Source of the DNA: Vicugna vicugna
Lineage: Eukaryota
DNA: 64,000 nucleotides
Direction: 5' to 3'
Assembly: GCA_013265495.1 (NCBI GenBank)
Contig: MU057700.1
Location: forward strand, 434,001-498,000
Shown here: piece after piece, positions 22,565-34,510 of the stretch
How the letters are laid out: each line of letters begins with the position of its first letter
How positions within the stretch are numbered: the first letter of the stretch is position 1
Made by a program: the position numbers and the translations under genes
Notes under the pieces: generated by a model
The model's database searches: none
What the model was told of the DNA's origin: nothing
What the model saw: the letters and a program-made list of their open reading frames with translations, nothing else

Positions 22565-23583
22565 GATATCTTAGGGGGAAAGCATTCAATTTTTGACCAT
22601 TGTGTATAATGTTAGTTATAGATTTTTTGGTAGGTATTCTGAATTAAGTTGAGAAAGTTCTCTCTATTACTATTTTTCTGAAAGCTTTTTTTTTTGAGGA
22701 ATGAGTGTTAAATTCCATCAAATGTATTTTCTTTGTCAATGATATGATCATGTGATTTTTCTTCTTTAGTCTGTTAATATGGTGGATTACACTGATTAAT
22801 TTTCAAATGTTGACACTGTCTTATATTCCTGGAATAAACCTCACTTAGTCATTGTATAAAATTCTTTTTCTATATTGCTGAATTTTCTTTGCCTTTATTT
22901 TGTTAAGGATTTTTGCATCTATATTAATGAAGGATATTGGTCTATAGTTTTCTCTCTCTTTTTTTTTTCTGTACCATCTTTGCCTAATTTTGCTATCAGG
23001 GTGATACTAGCATCATAAAATGAATTGGGAATAGTTCTTGCCTCTTCTATTTTCTGGAAGAGATTGTGTGGAATTGGTGTTAACTTTTCTTTAAATGTTT
23101 GGTAAAATTCTCCAATGCAAACTTAGGGGCCTGAAAATTTCGTTGGGGGAGATTTTAAAGCTACAAGTTTATTTTTCTTAATATTTATAGGCATATTCAA
23201 ATGATCTGTTTTATTTGGGTGAGTTTGATAATTTGTGTTTTTCAAGGAATTTGTACATTTTGCCTGAGTTGTCAAATTTACGTGTGTAGGGTTTTTCACA
23301 GGATTCCCTTTATCCTTTTGATGTCTGCAGGGTCTGTAGTGATAGCCCATTTCATTCCTAACACCGGTAATTTGTGACCTCTCTCTCTTTTTCCTTTGTC
23401 AGTCTTGCTAGAGGTTTGTCAATTTTATTGATCTTTTTCAAGGACCAACTCTTTGTTTCATTGATTTTCTCATTTGTTTTTTGTTTTCACTTTCATTGAC
23501 TTCTGTTTTTGTCTTTACTGTTTCCTTCATTCTACTTGCTTTCTAGTTATTTTGCTTTTCTTTTTTTTAAGGTTCTTGAGGAG

Positions 23584-23957
23584 TGCTTTGGGCTGAATTC
23601 TGTTCCTCCAGAATTCACATGTTGAAGTCCTAAACCTGAGTACCTCAGAATGTGACTGTATTGGGGAATAAGGCCTTTAAAAAGATAATTAAGGTAAAAT
23701 GAGGTCATATGAATGGGATCCTAATCCCATGACTGGTGGCCATATAAGAACAGGACATTAGGACCCAGACACAAACAAGCAGACATGATAAGAAGGCAGC
23801 CATCTGCAAGTGAAGGAGAGAGGCTCCAGAAGAAACCAAACGTGTTAACACCTTGATCTTGAACTTCTAGCCTCCAGAACTGTGAGGAAAAAATTTTCTA
23901 TTATTTAAGCCACCCAGTCTCTGGTACTTTTTACAGCAGCTCTAACAAACTAATACA
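23584..23957 (+). mobile_element. MaLR solo LTR (MLT1A/B-like) with 5-bp TSD
   Basis: TG...CA termini (TGCTTTGGGCTGAATT / CTAATACA); AGGAG at 23579-23583 and 23958-23962. Confidence 0.93.
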
Positions 23958-26089
23958 AGGAGGGAGTTTAGATAATCTATCTGAGCTTTTTTCTGTCACA
24001 TGCCTTTGGTGCTATAGTCCCCTCTCATCACTGCTGTAGCTGTGTCCTGCAAATTTTGATAGGTTGTATTTTTATTTTTATTTATTACAGTGTATTTTTA
24101 AATTTCCCTTGATGCTTTCTTCTTGACCCATGGATTACTTGGAACTATGATGTTCAGTTTCCAAATATTTAGAGATTTTACTCTTATCTTTCTCTTATCG
24201 ATTTCTAGTTTCATTCCATTGTGGTCAAAGAAAACACTGTCTGATTCCAATTCTTTTAAGTTTGCTGAGATTGTTTTATGGTCCAGGATATGATGTATTT
24301 GGAATATGTTTGGTAGGAACTTGAAAAAAAAAAGGATGTCCTGCTGCTTCTGATTTGGATGGTCTACAAATGAGGATACGATCCTGCTGGTTGATGATGT
24401 TGTTGAATTCTTCGATATCCTGGCTAATGTTCTGTCTAGTAGTCCTATGAACTGCTGAAAGAGAAGTGCTGAAGCCTCCAACCATAATTGTAGATTTGTC
24501 TATTTCATTTTCAGTTCTATTGCATCTTGCCTCATGTATATTGTAGCTCTGTTTGGTGTGCATACATTTAGAGTTGCTATGTCCTCCTTGTGGATTGACT
24601 TCTATCATTACATGAAGTCTCTGTCTTTGGTAATTTTCTTTGCTCTGAAGTGTACTTTAGTTGATATTAATATAGTCATTCTTGCTTCCTTTTGGTTAGT
24701 TCTTGCATGAAACTTCTATTTCCATTACTGTACATTTGTACTGCCTATATCATTATATTTGAGGTGAGTTTCTTGCAAACAGCATATAATTGAGTCATAT
24801 TTAAAAATCCATTCTACCAATCTCTGTCTTTGATTGATATATTACTACCATTAACATTTAATATAATTATTTAATGTGATTTAATGATATGTTAGGGCTT
24901 GTCTTCCATTTTGTTTAAAATTTTTCCATTTTGTTTTTTCTACCTTTCTTGGGTTAATTGAACTTTTTTTCAGAATTCCATTTTGATGTATTTCTAGTGT
25001 GTTTGAGTGTATCTTTTTGTATGGCTTTTTTAGTAGCTGCTCTGGGTATTACCATATATAGAGTTATATTTATATTATCATAGGATACTTGTATCATTGT
25101 TTTGCCATTTTGAGTATGGAAATCTTACCTTTATTTACATTCTTTACTCTTTCTCATATACAATGTAATTGTCTTAAATATTTCCTCCTCACACATTTAT
25201 AACCAGGTAAGATAGTGCTATACTTTTTGCTTTAACTATCAAGCATCATTTGGAAATCTCGAGAGGAGAAGGAAAACCTGTTGCATTTGCCCGTATTTTT
25301 GCTTGCCACATTCTTCCTTTCTTACTGAAGTTTCAAGATTCCTTCTTTTATTGCTCATTTTCTGTTTAGAGAAATTCCTTTAGCTATTCTTTTAGGGTAA
25401 GTCTGCTGATGACAAATTCTCTTAGTTTTCCTTCATTTGAGAATAAGGATGAGAACGAGAATGATATTTTCACTGGGGGATTCTGAGGTAGCTATTTTTT
25501 TTGCATGTGAAAAATGCTATGCCATTTCCTGCTCACCTCCATGTGCTGATGAAGAATTCACTTTTATTTGAAGAGGCCATTTCCCTCTAGCTGCTTTCAA
25601 GAATTTTTTCTTTGCTGTTATGTTTCAGAAATTTAATTATCATGTGTCTTGGCATGGATTTCTCTGGTTTTCCTCTGTTTGAGGTTTACTCAGCTTCTTA
25701 AATCTGCAGGCTTATGTTTCTCAATAAATTTGGGAAGTTTCCACCTCTTATTTCTTTGAGTATTTTTCAGCCCACACTCTTCCTCCTTTCCTTCTGGGAC
25801 TTGAATGATATAAATGTTAGATCTTTTGTTATAGTCTCTCAGGTCCCTGAGGGTCTGTTCATTTTTTTTTTTTGCTTCAGTCTATTTTATCTCTTAAGTT
25901 CCTTTCTTAATAATGGAATTTAACCCATTTGCATTTATTGTGAAGTTTGATAGGATTTGACTTATTCCTGCCATCTTATTGTATGTTTTCTCTTATTATG
26001 CTTTTTTATCTCCTTTCCCCTATTCCTTCTATTTTAAAGTCTTAGCTTAATCTCACCAGCACCTAAAATCCTTTGGGTTTGCCAATTTT

Positions 26090-27907
26090 TCACCATCCCT
26101 TCACTGTTCATTTTCTCATTTCTCTCCTCCACCCTTGCTCATGGCAAAGACCCATCCTGGTTACACCTACCCCTGCTTACCTGTGTCTGTGCCCACAAGC
26201 CTAACAGGCTGGAGAAAAGCCCATGACCAGCTGATTTCACTTCAGATCCAGGGCCACCAACCTCAGATGGCTCAGAGTTGCCTGACAGTCACGCTCTACT
26301 CTCTGGTTAGTTCCCTCTTCCCCATTCTTGTAGATGGTTATTATATTTTCTCTTCTCTACTTGAAACACCATGTTCTCAGCAGATGCTGTATACCTGCCT
26401 TTATGTATATTTATATTTCACAGAGAAAACAGAAGCAGTTTGTAATGTCCACAAACTCTACTCATATCTACCCACCTAGCAGTGTCTGCTCCCAATACCT
26501 TCCACATTTGCTTCTATGGATAAACAGTCTTTGCTCCTAGTAAGATCCCTTGTGCCCTAGATCCCAACATCTCATGCCTGCTCAAGGAAGTTTCCTTAGT
26601 TAATCTCTCCTGCATCATCAATTTCCCCCTTTCTGCCATATGTTTCCTATGTAACCATACAGATAGTAATTTTTCTCACCCTAAGAAACAAACCAGTTTC
26701 TTGACCTCCTTTAGATTCTAGCTACTATTCCACTTCTCTTATTCCGTGTTGAACATTATTCAATAGTCACATTTGCTTTCATTTCCCACTGTCCCATTAA
26801 AATTGCTCCAGTCAAGTTTGCCAATAGCCTCCATTTGTTGAGTTATTCGAGTCACACTGGGTGTATTAATTATTTATTGCTATGTAACAAATTACTCCAA
26901 ACTTCAGCTTAAAATAACAAACATTCATATGTCATCATTTCTGTGGGTCAGAGAGGCTGAGTTGGGAAGTTCTGGCTCAAGGTCCCTCGTGAGGATATGG
27001 TTGAGCTGGGGCTGCAGTCCCATCTGAAGGCTCAACTGGAGGAGGATCCATTTCTAAGCTCACTCACAAGGGAGGTCCCAGCTCCCTGCTGTCTGCTGGC
27101 CAGAAACTTCCGTTTCTCACCACTTGGATGTCTCCATACGCTGCCTGAGTGTTCTCCTAGACGAGTGATAAGTTGTAAGCTTGATGATGGCCAGCTTCTC
27201 CTAGATGAGTGATCAGAAGTGAGAGTAGCCAAGGCAGATGCCACAGTCTTTTCAAACCTGATCTTGGAAGTGACATATCATCACTTCTGCCATGTTCTAG
27301 TCTCTAGAAGTGAGTCACTAAGCCCATCCTACACTCCAGGGGCAGAGATTTGCACTGGATGTGAATACCAGGACACAGGGATCATTGGGGGCCATCTCAG
27401 AGCTGCCTGCCACACAGCCCTTACCCAGTCCGTCAGCAAACCAACCCTGCCACCGCTGCTTCCTCTTTTACCACGTGTCCTCCACTACCTTCTCAGTCAC
27501 TCCATTTCAGCCACACTGGCCTCCTTGCTGCCCAAGTCAAGCCCCCACTGCAGAGGCTTTACACTTCCTGTTCCCTCTGCCTGGAATTCTCTTCCCTCTG
27601 ATCCACATGATGTGTTTCCTCACCATCTTCAGGTCTCTACTCACAGGGAGGCCTCTCCTGACCACTCTGACTGCAAACCACCTCTGACACTTCTCCATCA
27701 CTTCTCCTGCTTTGTTTCCATAGCATTTATCACCAGCTAATATGTTATGTATTGGCTTGCTTATTTTGATTATTTTCTGTTTTTCTCACAAGGATGTAAC
27801 CTCCACAAGGGCAGGGAATTTTGTCTGTTTGTTGATTGCTGTACCTCCCTCAACTAGAAGAGTGTCTGGGACATTGTAAGCCCTCAAAAAATATACTCAA
27901 ATAAATG
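26090..27907 (+). mobile_element. L2 LINE fragments split by an MLT1 LTR
   Basis: TTCCCTCTGCCTGGAATTCTCTTCC; 3' end AACTAGAAGAGTGTCTGGGACATTGTAAGCCCTCAAAAAATAT. Confidence 0.65.
26862..27414 (-). mobile_element. MaLR LTR (MLT1F-like)
   Basis: TGTATTAATTATTTATTGCTATGTAACAAATTACTCCAAAC ... GGGGCCATCTCAGAGCTGCCTGCCACA. Confidence 0.85.
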
Positions 27908-27961
27908 ACTGAACTAAGTTTTCTTTGTATCAATGTTTACTAAAAACTACCCGTTCTGTTT

Positions 27962-28112
27962 TGTTCTTTATTTTTTAATTTTTATTATTTTTTGAGAGGG
28001 GGAGGCAACTAGGTTTATTTGTTTATTTATTTAAATGGAGGCACTGGGGATTGAACCCAGGACCTTGTGCCTGCTAAGCACGTGCTCTACCATTGCCTTA
28101 TACCCTCTCCCC
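27962..28112 (-). mobile_element. Vic-1 type SINE (copy 1 within the duplication)
   Basis: GGGGATTGAACCCAGGACCTTGTGCCTGCTAAGCACGTGCTCTACC; TSD CCC(G/A)TTCTGTTT. Confidence 0.9.
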
Positions 28113-28364
28113 TCCCATTCTGTTTCTATTTTTCTAGTAGCTACTCTTGAATGTTTAATACGAATATTTAGATTTATGTTTTTCTATCAAGTCTGAATTT
28201 AATAAGCAGCTTTATTTTCTCCATCAAGAAATAAGGGTCCTAGTATGCTTCTATTCCCCCTTCCCTTCTCATAATCTCCCATGTTGCAATGAACTGAAAT
28301 TTTAATTTCAACTGAACTAAGTTTTCTTTGTATCAATGTTTACTAAAAACTACCCGTTCTGTTT

Positions 28365-28515
28365 TGTTCTTTATTTTTTAATTTTTATTATTTTTTGAGA
28401 GGGGGAGGCAACTAGGTTTATTTGTTTATTTATTTAAATGGAGGCACTGGGGATTGAACCCAGGACCTTGTGCCTGCTAAGCACGTGCTCTACCATTGCC
28501 TTATACCCTCTCCCC
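28365..28515 (-). mobile_element. Vic-1 type SINE (copy 2 within the duplication)
   Basis: Identical to 27962-28112, offset +403. Confidence 0.9.
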
Positions 28516-28903
28516 TCCCATTCTGTTTCTATTTTTCTAGTAGCTACTCTTGAATGTTTAATACGAATATTTAGATTTATGTTTTTCTATCAAGTCTGAA
28601 TTTAATAAGCAGCTTTATTTTCTCCATCAAGAAATAAGGGTCCTAGTATGCTTCTATTCCCCCTTCCCTTCTCATAATCTCCCATGTTGCAATGAACTGA
28701 AATTTTAATTTCATTCACACATTCCATTCACTCATTCATTCATCTTTCTTCCATTCAGCCAAAATGTATTGAACATCTAAGTTTCAATTTTTTTAAGCAA
28801 TTAGAAATGTTGTAAACATTGTTCTCTATCATGTCAAGAATATGTGTGACACTGGTTGTTCCCGTTTATCAAAATTATGCAGCTAATATTTGTATATCTT
28901 AAT

Positions 28904-29456
28904 TGAGAGATTGAGTACACAAATGGACAATGGCCACACCATATGTAAAAATAGGACTCTGACCCACAACCTTCAGCAATCTGCTCTTACCTACAACAAC
29001 CAGCCCAGGGAGCTGGTCTGCTGTAAGTCAGACACGCAGGAAACCAGATTGCTCTCTCTGGTGACCACCCAGGAAGCTAAACAATAACTTTTGTAACAAT
29101 TGGCCCCAAATGGCAAGGCCTTGATTGATCACTGACAGCTTCCCTATCTTGGTCCCTACTTACAACTTAGGACCAACCAGAGAAAGCCAAATGTACACCC
29201 CTAAGCAATCACATGGGATGCCCTGCGTATAGTTAGCTTACCAACAGCTTCCCAGGTCAACAGCCTCCAAGCAGGGCATTCCTGAGGCCTTCTCTTTTTT
29301 CCATTGTAACATTTTCCCACTCCTCTGCCTGCCTTTGAGTCTCTGCTAACATGCAATCAACCATGATCCACTCCCTTGCTATAGTAAGTTCAGAATAAAT
29401 AGTTGTTGCTTTTCTCAGTTGGGTCAATTGGGGGGCGGTCTTTGTTTATTTCTGCA
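28904..29456 (+). mobile_element. ERV1-class solo LTR (MER34-like)
   Basis: GACTCTGACCCACAACC, AACAATTGGCCCCAAATGG, ACTTAGGACCAACCAGAGAAAGCCAAAT; AATAAA at 29394-29399; TG...CA ends. Confidence 0.7.
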
Positions 29457-29548
29457 AGTTGTATGCACATTTTACCAACAAAAATAATAATTGAGTAGAG
29501 TGAGGAGTTGATGGAGGTAAAGATGATACAAGAATGACAAAAGCAGCA

Positions 29549-29749
29549 GAGGGAAATAGCTCAGTGGTAGGGTGTGTGTTTAGCATACAGGAGGTCCTGG
29601 GTTCAATCCCCAGTATCTTCATTAAACAAACAAACACAAAAGCATGGGGGAGGGTATAGCTCAGCAGTAGAGCCTTCATTAAAGATAATTAAATAAATAA
29701 AAACCTAATCCCTGCCCCCCGCCAAAAGGCATAAAACATTTAAAAAAAT
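29549..29749 (+). mobile_element. Two Vic-1 type SINE heads in tandem or nested
   Basis: Head 1 at 29549 has A and B boxes; head 2 at 29646 has the A box only; outer repeat GAATGACAAAA at 29532-29542 and 29750-29760. Confidence 0.85.
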
Positions 29750-29929
29750 GAATGACAAAATGTCGGTAATTGTTGAAACTCGGTGATGGCACATTGGGTG
29801 TTCATTGTACTATTCTATTTACTCTCTGTGTGTTTGAACTTTTTACATAATAAATGTTCAAAAAATGTTAAATGTGACCACTGCTGTCACTTCTTACTCT
29901 ACACTTTCCTTTGCATCCATGTTTCATTT

Positions 29930-31560
29930 TGTTCCAACTCATTCACTTATCCTGTCAAAAGAGATGCATTGAGTGTCTCTTGTGTGTAGGTCTGTTCTAG
30001 GCACCAGGGACAGTAAACAAAACAGCGCAAGTCTCACTCTTCGGAGCTTGTGTTCTCGTGGATGAGGCTGGTAATTAAACGGATAAATAGATACCACATT
30101 AGAAGATGATAAGAGTTGCCATCATTTCCCCATTCATGCAGAATCCGGAAGACGGAGGGTGGTGGAGATGGGGCTTCTCCATGGGTAGGGGCTCAGGGGA
30201 CAGGGTGACATTCAAACAGGGATCTGAAGGAAGTGAGTGGGGAGCCTCCCACCATGGGAGGAAGGACGTTCCAGGCCAAGCTCTGACACAGGACTCAGAC
30301 ACAAGACCTCAGGTGCCCCCAGTACGGCCTGTGGCCGGCTTCTCTTCATTCACAGCTGTGGGAGACGGTTCTGTGTGCTCAGACTCCCACCCACCTTGGT
30401 GTGCCCTCCAGCCATGCCCTGGGTCTTCCCCCTTTCCACCTTAGGGCATTCCGGCAGATAAAGCTGTGGCAACCCTTACACAGTGTCCAGCTGCACGTCC
30501 TCCCAGTGGGTGGTTCTGAAAGCTTCTCAGGGGGTCCCAGCAGCCCCCAGCCCCCACGGATGACCACCCTGCTATTGGCTTTTCTCCCTCTCTCACTTCT
30601 GCCTCCTGCCATTGCCTCCCAGACCACCTACTCTCCCAAGACCTTGTCTCAGGCCCTGCTGTGGAGGGACTGAGGCATCATGCCTGGTGCGCTCCAGGGG
30701 CCCCACAGAGGCCACCGTGGCTGGAGCACAGGGAGCAGGGAGGGGTTGGGAGATGAGGCCAGCGAGGTGACAGCAGCTGGGTTCTGTGGTCATTGAAGGC
30801 CATGGCAAAAGTTATGGATTTTCTCTAGAGGGAGAGAGATGAGCAGCATAGGAAGGTAGGGAGCCAGTAGTTAATACTCAGCTAGCTTCCTCTCTCTCTC
30901 GGGATCACTGAACTGAAAATCACGGGCAGGGGGCCAGGTGGTGTGGGGGAACTGTCAGGAGAAGTTGCAGTGGTCTAGCTGAAGGCCAGAGGGGCTGGGA
31001 CTCCTGGGTGAGGTCGGAGGGTTTGCTGATGGAGGGTGGGGAACAGCAGCAGCATCGCAGTGACTTCGCTCCCAGGCTTTTGAATTGAGCACCTGGAGGG
31101 ATGAGGCTGTACCTGCTGCAGTGGAGAGGAGGGCTGGGGGGAGTGGTGTGGGCGCCATGGATGGATAAGGAGGTGGCACGAGTTACCCTGGAGGTGCCTT
31201 TTAGAGGGTCGGAGCAATCTTTGTGGGCGGCATCAGTGCACAGATGCACGAAACCATGGTCTGAATGAGATCACCACGGAGGAGTGGGGAGAGAGAAGAG
31301 GACCAATAATGGAGCCTCCTGGGACATTCCAAAGTCCACACGTCAGGATGAAAGGGTGAAGCTGGCCAGGGGACCATCGGGGGTGGGTGGCAGGTGAGGT
31401 GAGACTCCAGGGCCATCTGTGTGGGCTGGGATGCTGCCTTGGCCACCCGCTGCTGCTCCGCTGGTCCCAGCCAGGGAGGGAAGTGTTTCCAAGAGGGAGT
31501 GACTCACAGCGTCAAGGGCAGCCAAAAATGTGGAGGTCACAACGGACCTAGATGTCCTCA
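29930..31560 (-). mobile_element. Degenerate L2 LINE fragments
   Basis: Antisense L2 end (CTCATTCACTTATCC...TGTTCTAGGCACCAGGGACAG) and GGAAGTGTTTCCAAGAGGGAGTGAC; interrupted by unique sequence. Confidence 0.55.
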
Positions 31561-31783
31561 GATGTACTGAGATCCAGAGAGGAGTGGCCAGCCCCCTCGT
31601 GGGCCTTTGCACCTCTGAAATGTCCCCACTTTTCTTTCCCATGTCATTAGCACTCAGAGCAGGGCAACTGACCTTTTTTCTTTATGTTTTTTTATTTCTC
31701 AGTTTTCCACTTTGAACAGATGTTATTTTTGTGTAAGAGAAAAAAAAACCCAGTGAATTTTATTTTATTTAAAAGTAAGAAGT

Positions 31784-31915
31784 AGAGGGAGTATACAGCT
31801 TAAGTGACAGCGTGTGTGTTCTTAACATGCACAAGGCTCTGGGTTCAATCCCCAGTACCGCCATTAAAAAAATAATTAAGTAAACCAAATTACTTCCAAC
31901 CCACCCTCCTCAAAA
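31784..31915 (+). mobile_element. Vic-1 type SINE with 13-bp TSD
   Basis: B-box GGTTCAATCCCC; TSD AAAAGTAAGAAGT at 31771-31783 and 31916-31928; preceded by TTT|AAAA L1 endonuclease site. Confidence 0.92.
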
Positions 31916-33794
31916 AAAAGTAAGAAGTTAGGTTCCAGATCTGGATCCCATAGGTACAGTTACAGGCTGGCAGTAGCTTCAGGGCTCCCACGTGGGTCTG
32001 GGGACTTTATACCCAGGTGAGGGCGGGTCACCTGGGCATTGGTTCAGTGGGGCTGAACCTCTGGGTAATCCTGAGAAACTTCCCACCCATTTCAGAGAAC
32101 CAGACACCCGTTTCATAGCTTGTGTGGCCCTGGGGAGTCTCTTGGCCCTTCTGTGACTGTTCTTGCCTCTGTCCACGGAACAGAACAGTGGCCTCTGCAA
32201 CGTGGGCTGTCACAAGGCATAGGACGTGTCATCGCCAGTCATTCTGTTTGTCGGCCATGACCTTCCTAAGGGGGCATGGAGGTCATCGTTTTCCCGTTTG
32301 GCCGCCCATCACGAGTATTCATGGTTCACATGGATTTGTTTATTTAGCATTCACCTGTCAGGTAGTCACTGAGCACCCACCATGTGCCATCCACCATTCT
32401 GGTTGCTAGTTGTGTAGCAGTTAAGAGAAGATGAGGTCAGAGTGAGACCAGAAACAGTGGGATGGCTGTGACCGTGGATGGGATGGGCAGAGGCGGGCCT
32501 GGGGCCCAGAACCGAGCTGGTGCAGCAGTTGGATCCGTTGCGCCTCTCCAGGGCTGAGAACTGAGGGTGGCCAGGCCCTAGGGCCCCCTTGCAGAAGTAT
32601 CCTCACACTGGGCAAGGAGTCTGAAGATGAGAGGGGAGGACCTGCCCAGGGCTATGAGTGGGTGCCCTTTCCCCAGGCCTAGACCCCCTGTCTGCTCCCT
32701 GTCCCTCCTTCACCAAATGCTCCATTCTCTCTCACCCTAACTGCCCATTCCAAGCCCCTGGCCCCACCAACGCCTGGCACCGCCCAGGAAAAGTGACCTT
32801 GCTGTGCGCCACAGGGACAGGTCATTTACAACACAATTCTAAAGGTCAGTGTACATTTCAGGACATTGTCAAACTAGTTGGAAATCAATGGGATAAAGGG
32901 AAAAACAAAAACCAAAAGACTGCTAACATGGTAGCCATGAGCAGCTTTCTCTGGGCCCTGGGACCCAGGTGGTTTCGATGGTGACAGTTCTTTGGGACCC
33001 GAGACCCCTGGAAAAGTGGGCATCAGCCCTGCAGTTTCTTCTCACAGTGTCTGCATCAACTTTTGTTTCGGGCTGGGTGTCCAGGCTGAGAACCTTCTCT
33101 TACTGCTTTGTTGTTTCATTAGATTTGCCTGTTTTTTCCAAATTGTGTATGAAGAATGGGTTACTTTATCACCGAAAAGCCAGTAGTTTTATTGAAATGC
33201 AAAGGAAAGTTTACAGTTTCCTTTTAAAAACAACAGAAGCAGCTCTGGCCAAACCTGGGTTGGGTGAAGTGTGGACCCGAGAGTCCCCCTAGCCGGGGCC
33301 TGAGCTGCCGGCTGGAGCCTCTGGGGATCTGGCAGGACAAATAGGTGAGCAGGGTTGCCGGTTAATTTAACGATTCATTTATCCCAGGGACTCTTGGTTT
33401 GGGCTCATCACCTTCTTGGCCTCTAGGTCTCCCCCTGTTCCTGCCTCCTCCCATTTTTCTTTTTCCAAAATGACCAAAAGAAATACAACTTCCCATTTCA
33501 GTGGGAAAAAAAATTCATCTAAGTAGCCTTTTAATAAAAACAGAGGCTCTCGTTTGATCACAAAATCAATTAGTCGGTGGAGAATTTTATTAGTCAATCA
33601 TGTAAGTAATTAAAAATATTGATTGATGGAGGCGCCTGTGGCTGAGAGCTGCTGCTTCACCCCAGCAATGTGGGGCAGAGGCTGGCACGGGGGCACTGGG
33701 ATGTGATCTAGAGTAGGGGCTTTTAAATCGTTGCCTCGTGTGCCTCTTCCAAGGTCAAACCGGGACACATTAGACAAGGGACTCGGCCGATCCC

Positions 33795-33885
33795 GGAGCC
33801 TCAATTTTCTCATGTGAGAAATAGCAGGCCTGACCACATGGGATCTGCTTGCGGATTAAATGAGACAGATCTGAATGGTGAGTGG
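33795..33885 (+). mobile_element. MIR core fragment
   Basis: GAGCCTCAATTTTCTCATGTGAGAAATAG...GGATTAAATGAGACAG. Confidence 0.6.
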
Positions 33886-34309
33886 CAAAGCCTCTGGCCA
33901 TGACAGGTGGGGCTCTATTTCTGAGGGTCGAGGGATTCTGGGCCCCGAATCTATCCTTGTCCTGGGGCTTTGGGCTGGCAGGGACAGAACGGTCACAGGG
34001 GCCCTGTCTCCTGGGTCAGGCCTTACCGGGCAAGGGCTCTCCCAGGTTTGTCTGACCAGAGGTGGAAAGGGTGTTGGGGCACACGACCTCCTATGCTTGG
34101 CACCCACCTCGAGTTCAAAGGAGGAGGAAACAGGTTCCCTCTTGGTGGGGGAGTGGGAGGTTCTGAGAGAGCGTGTGGAACAGGGAACACTTTTGTGGCC
34201 TTTTTGGGAAAATACCATCCTCTGCACCGGACCCCTCTCTCCCAGAGGCCCAGGGATGGCGTCCTCTGTCATGGGAAGTGTTGGCCTTGGTGCCCACTTC
34301 AGAAAGGTC

Positions 34310-34510
34310 ACTGACTGAGTGCCCTGCCCTGTGCCTGGCACCAAACAAATTACCCTACTCTCTCCTCTTAATAGCATGTGAAGTGGAAATCACTTCCCTG
34401 CTCCACAGATGAGAAAGGGGGAGTCTGGGAGTCTGTGTCTTACTTTGTCCAAGTCCCTCTGCTGGCACATCAGGGGCAGAGCTGAGAATCGAGCTTGGCC
34501 CACAGGACTC
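34310..34510 (-). mobile_element. MIR SINE
   Basis: TCACTGACTGAGTGCCCTGCCCTGTGCCTGGCAC...CACAGATGAGAAA...ACTTTGTCCAAGTC...GGCAGAGCTGAGAATCGAGC. Confidence 0.6.

Larger units (their letters stand above)
20670..25900 (-). mobile_element. Large decayed L1 (L1MC1-like 3' UTR, ORF2 and upstream remnants) with nested younger insertions
   Basis: 3' UTR TAGATTCACATTCTGTTGTAAGAAATAAT...CCCAATGGTAACATCTTGCAAAACT; ORF-track peptides IDKSTIMVGGFSTSLS and HILDHKT...DHNGMKLEI resemble the L1 endonuclease domain; many stops and frameshifts. Confidence 0.85.
27908..28713. repeat. Exact 403-bp direct tandem duplication (27908-28310 / 28311-28713)
   Basis: Both copies start ACTGAACTAAGTTTTC and end AAATTTTAATTTCA; no differences seen on reading. 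Confidence 0.97.
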
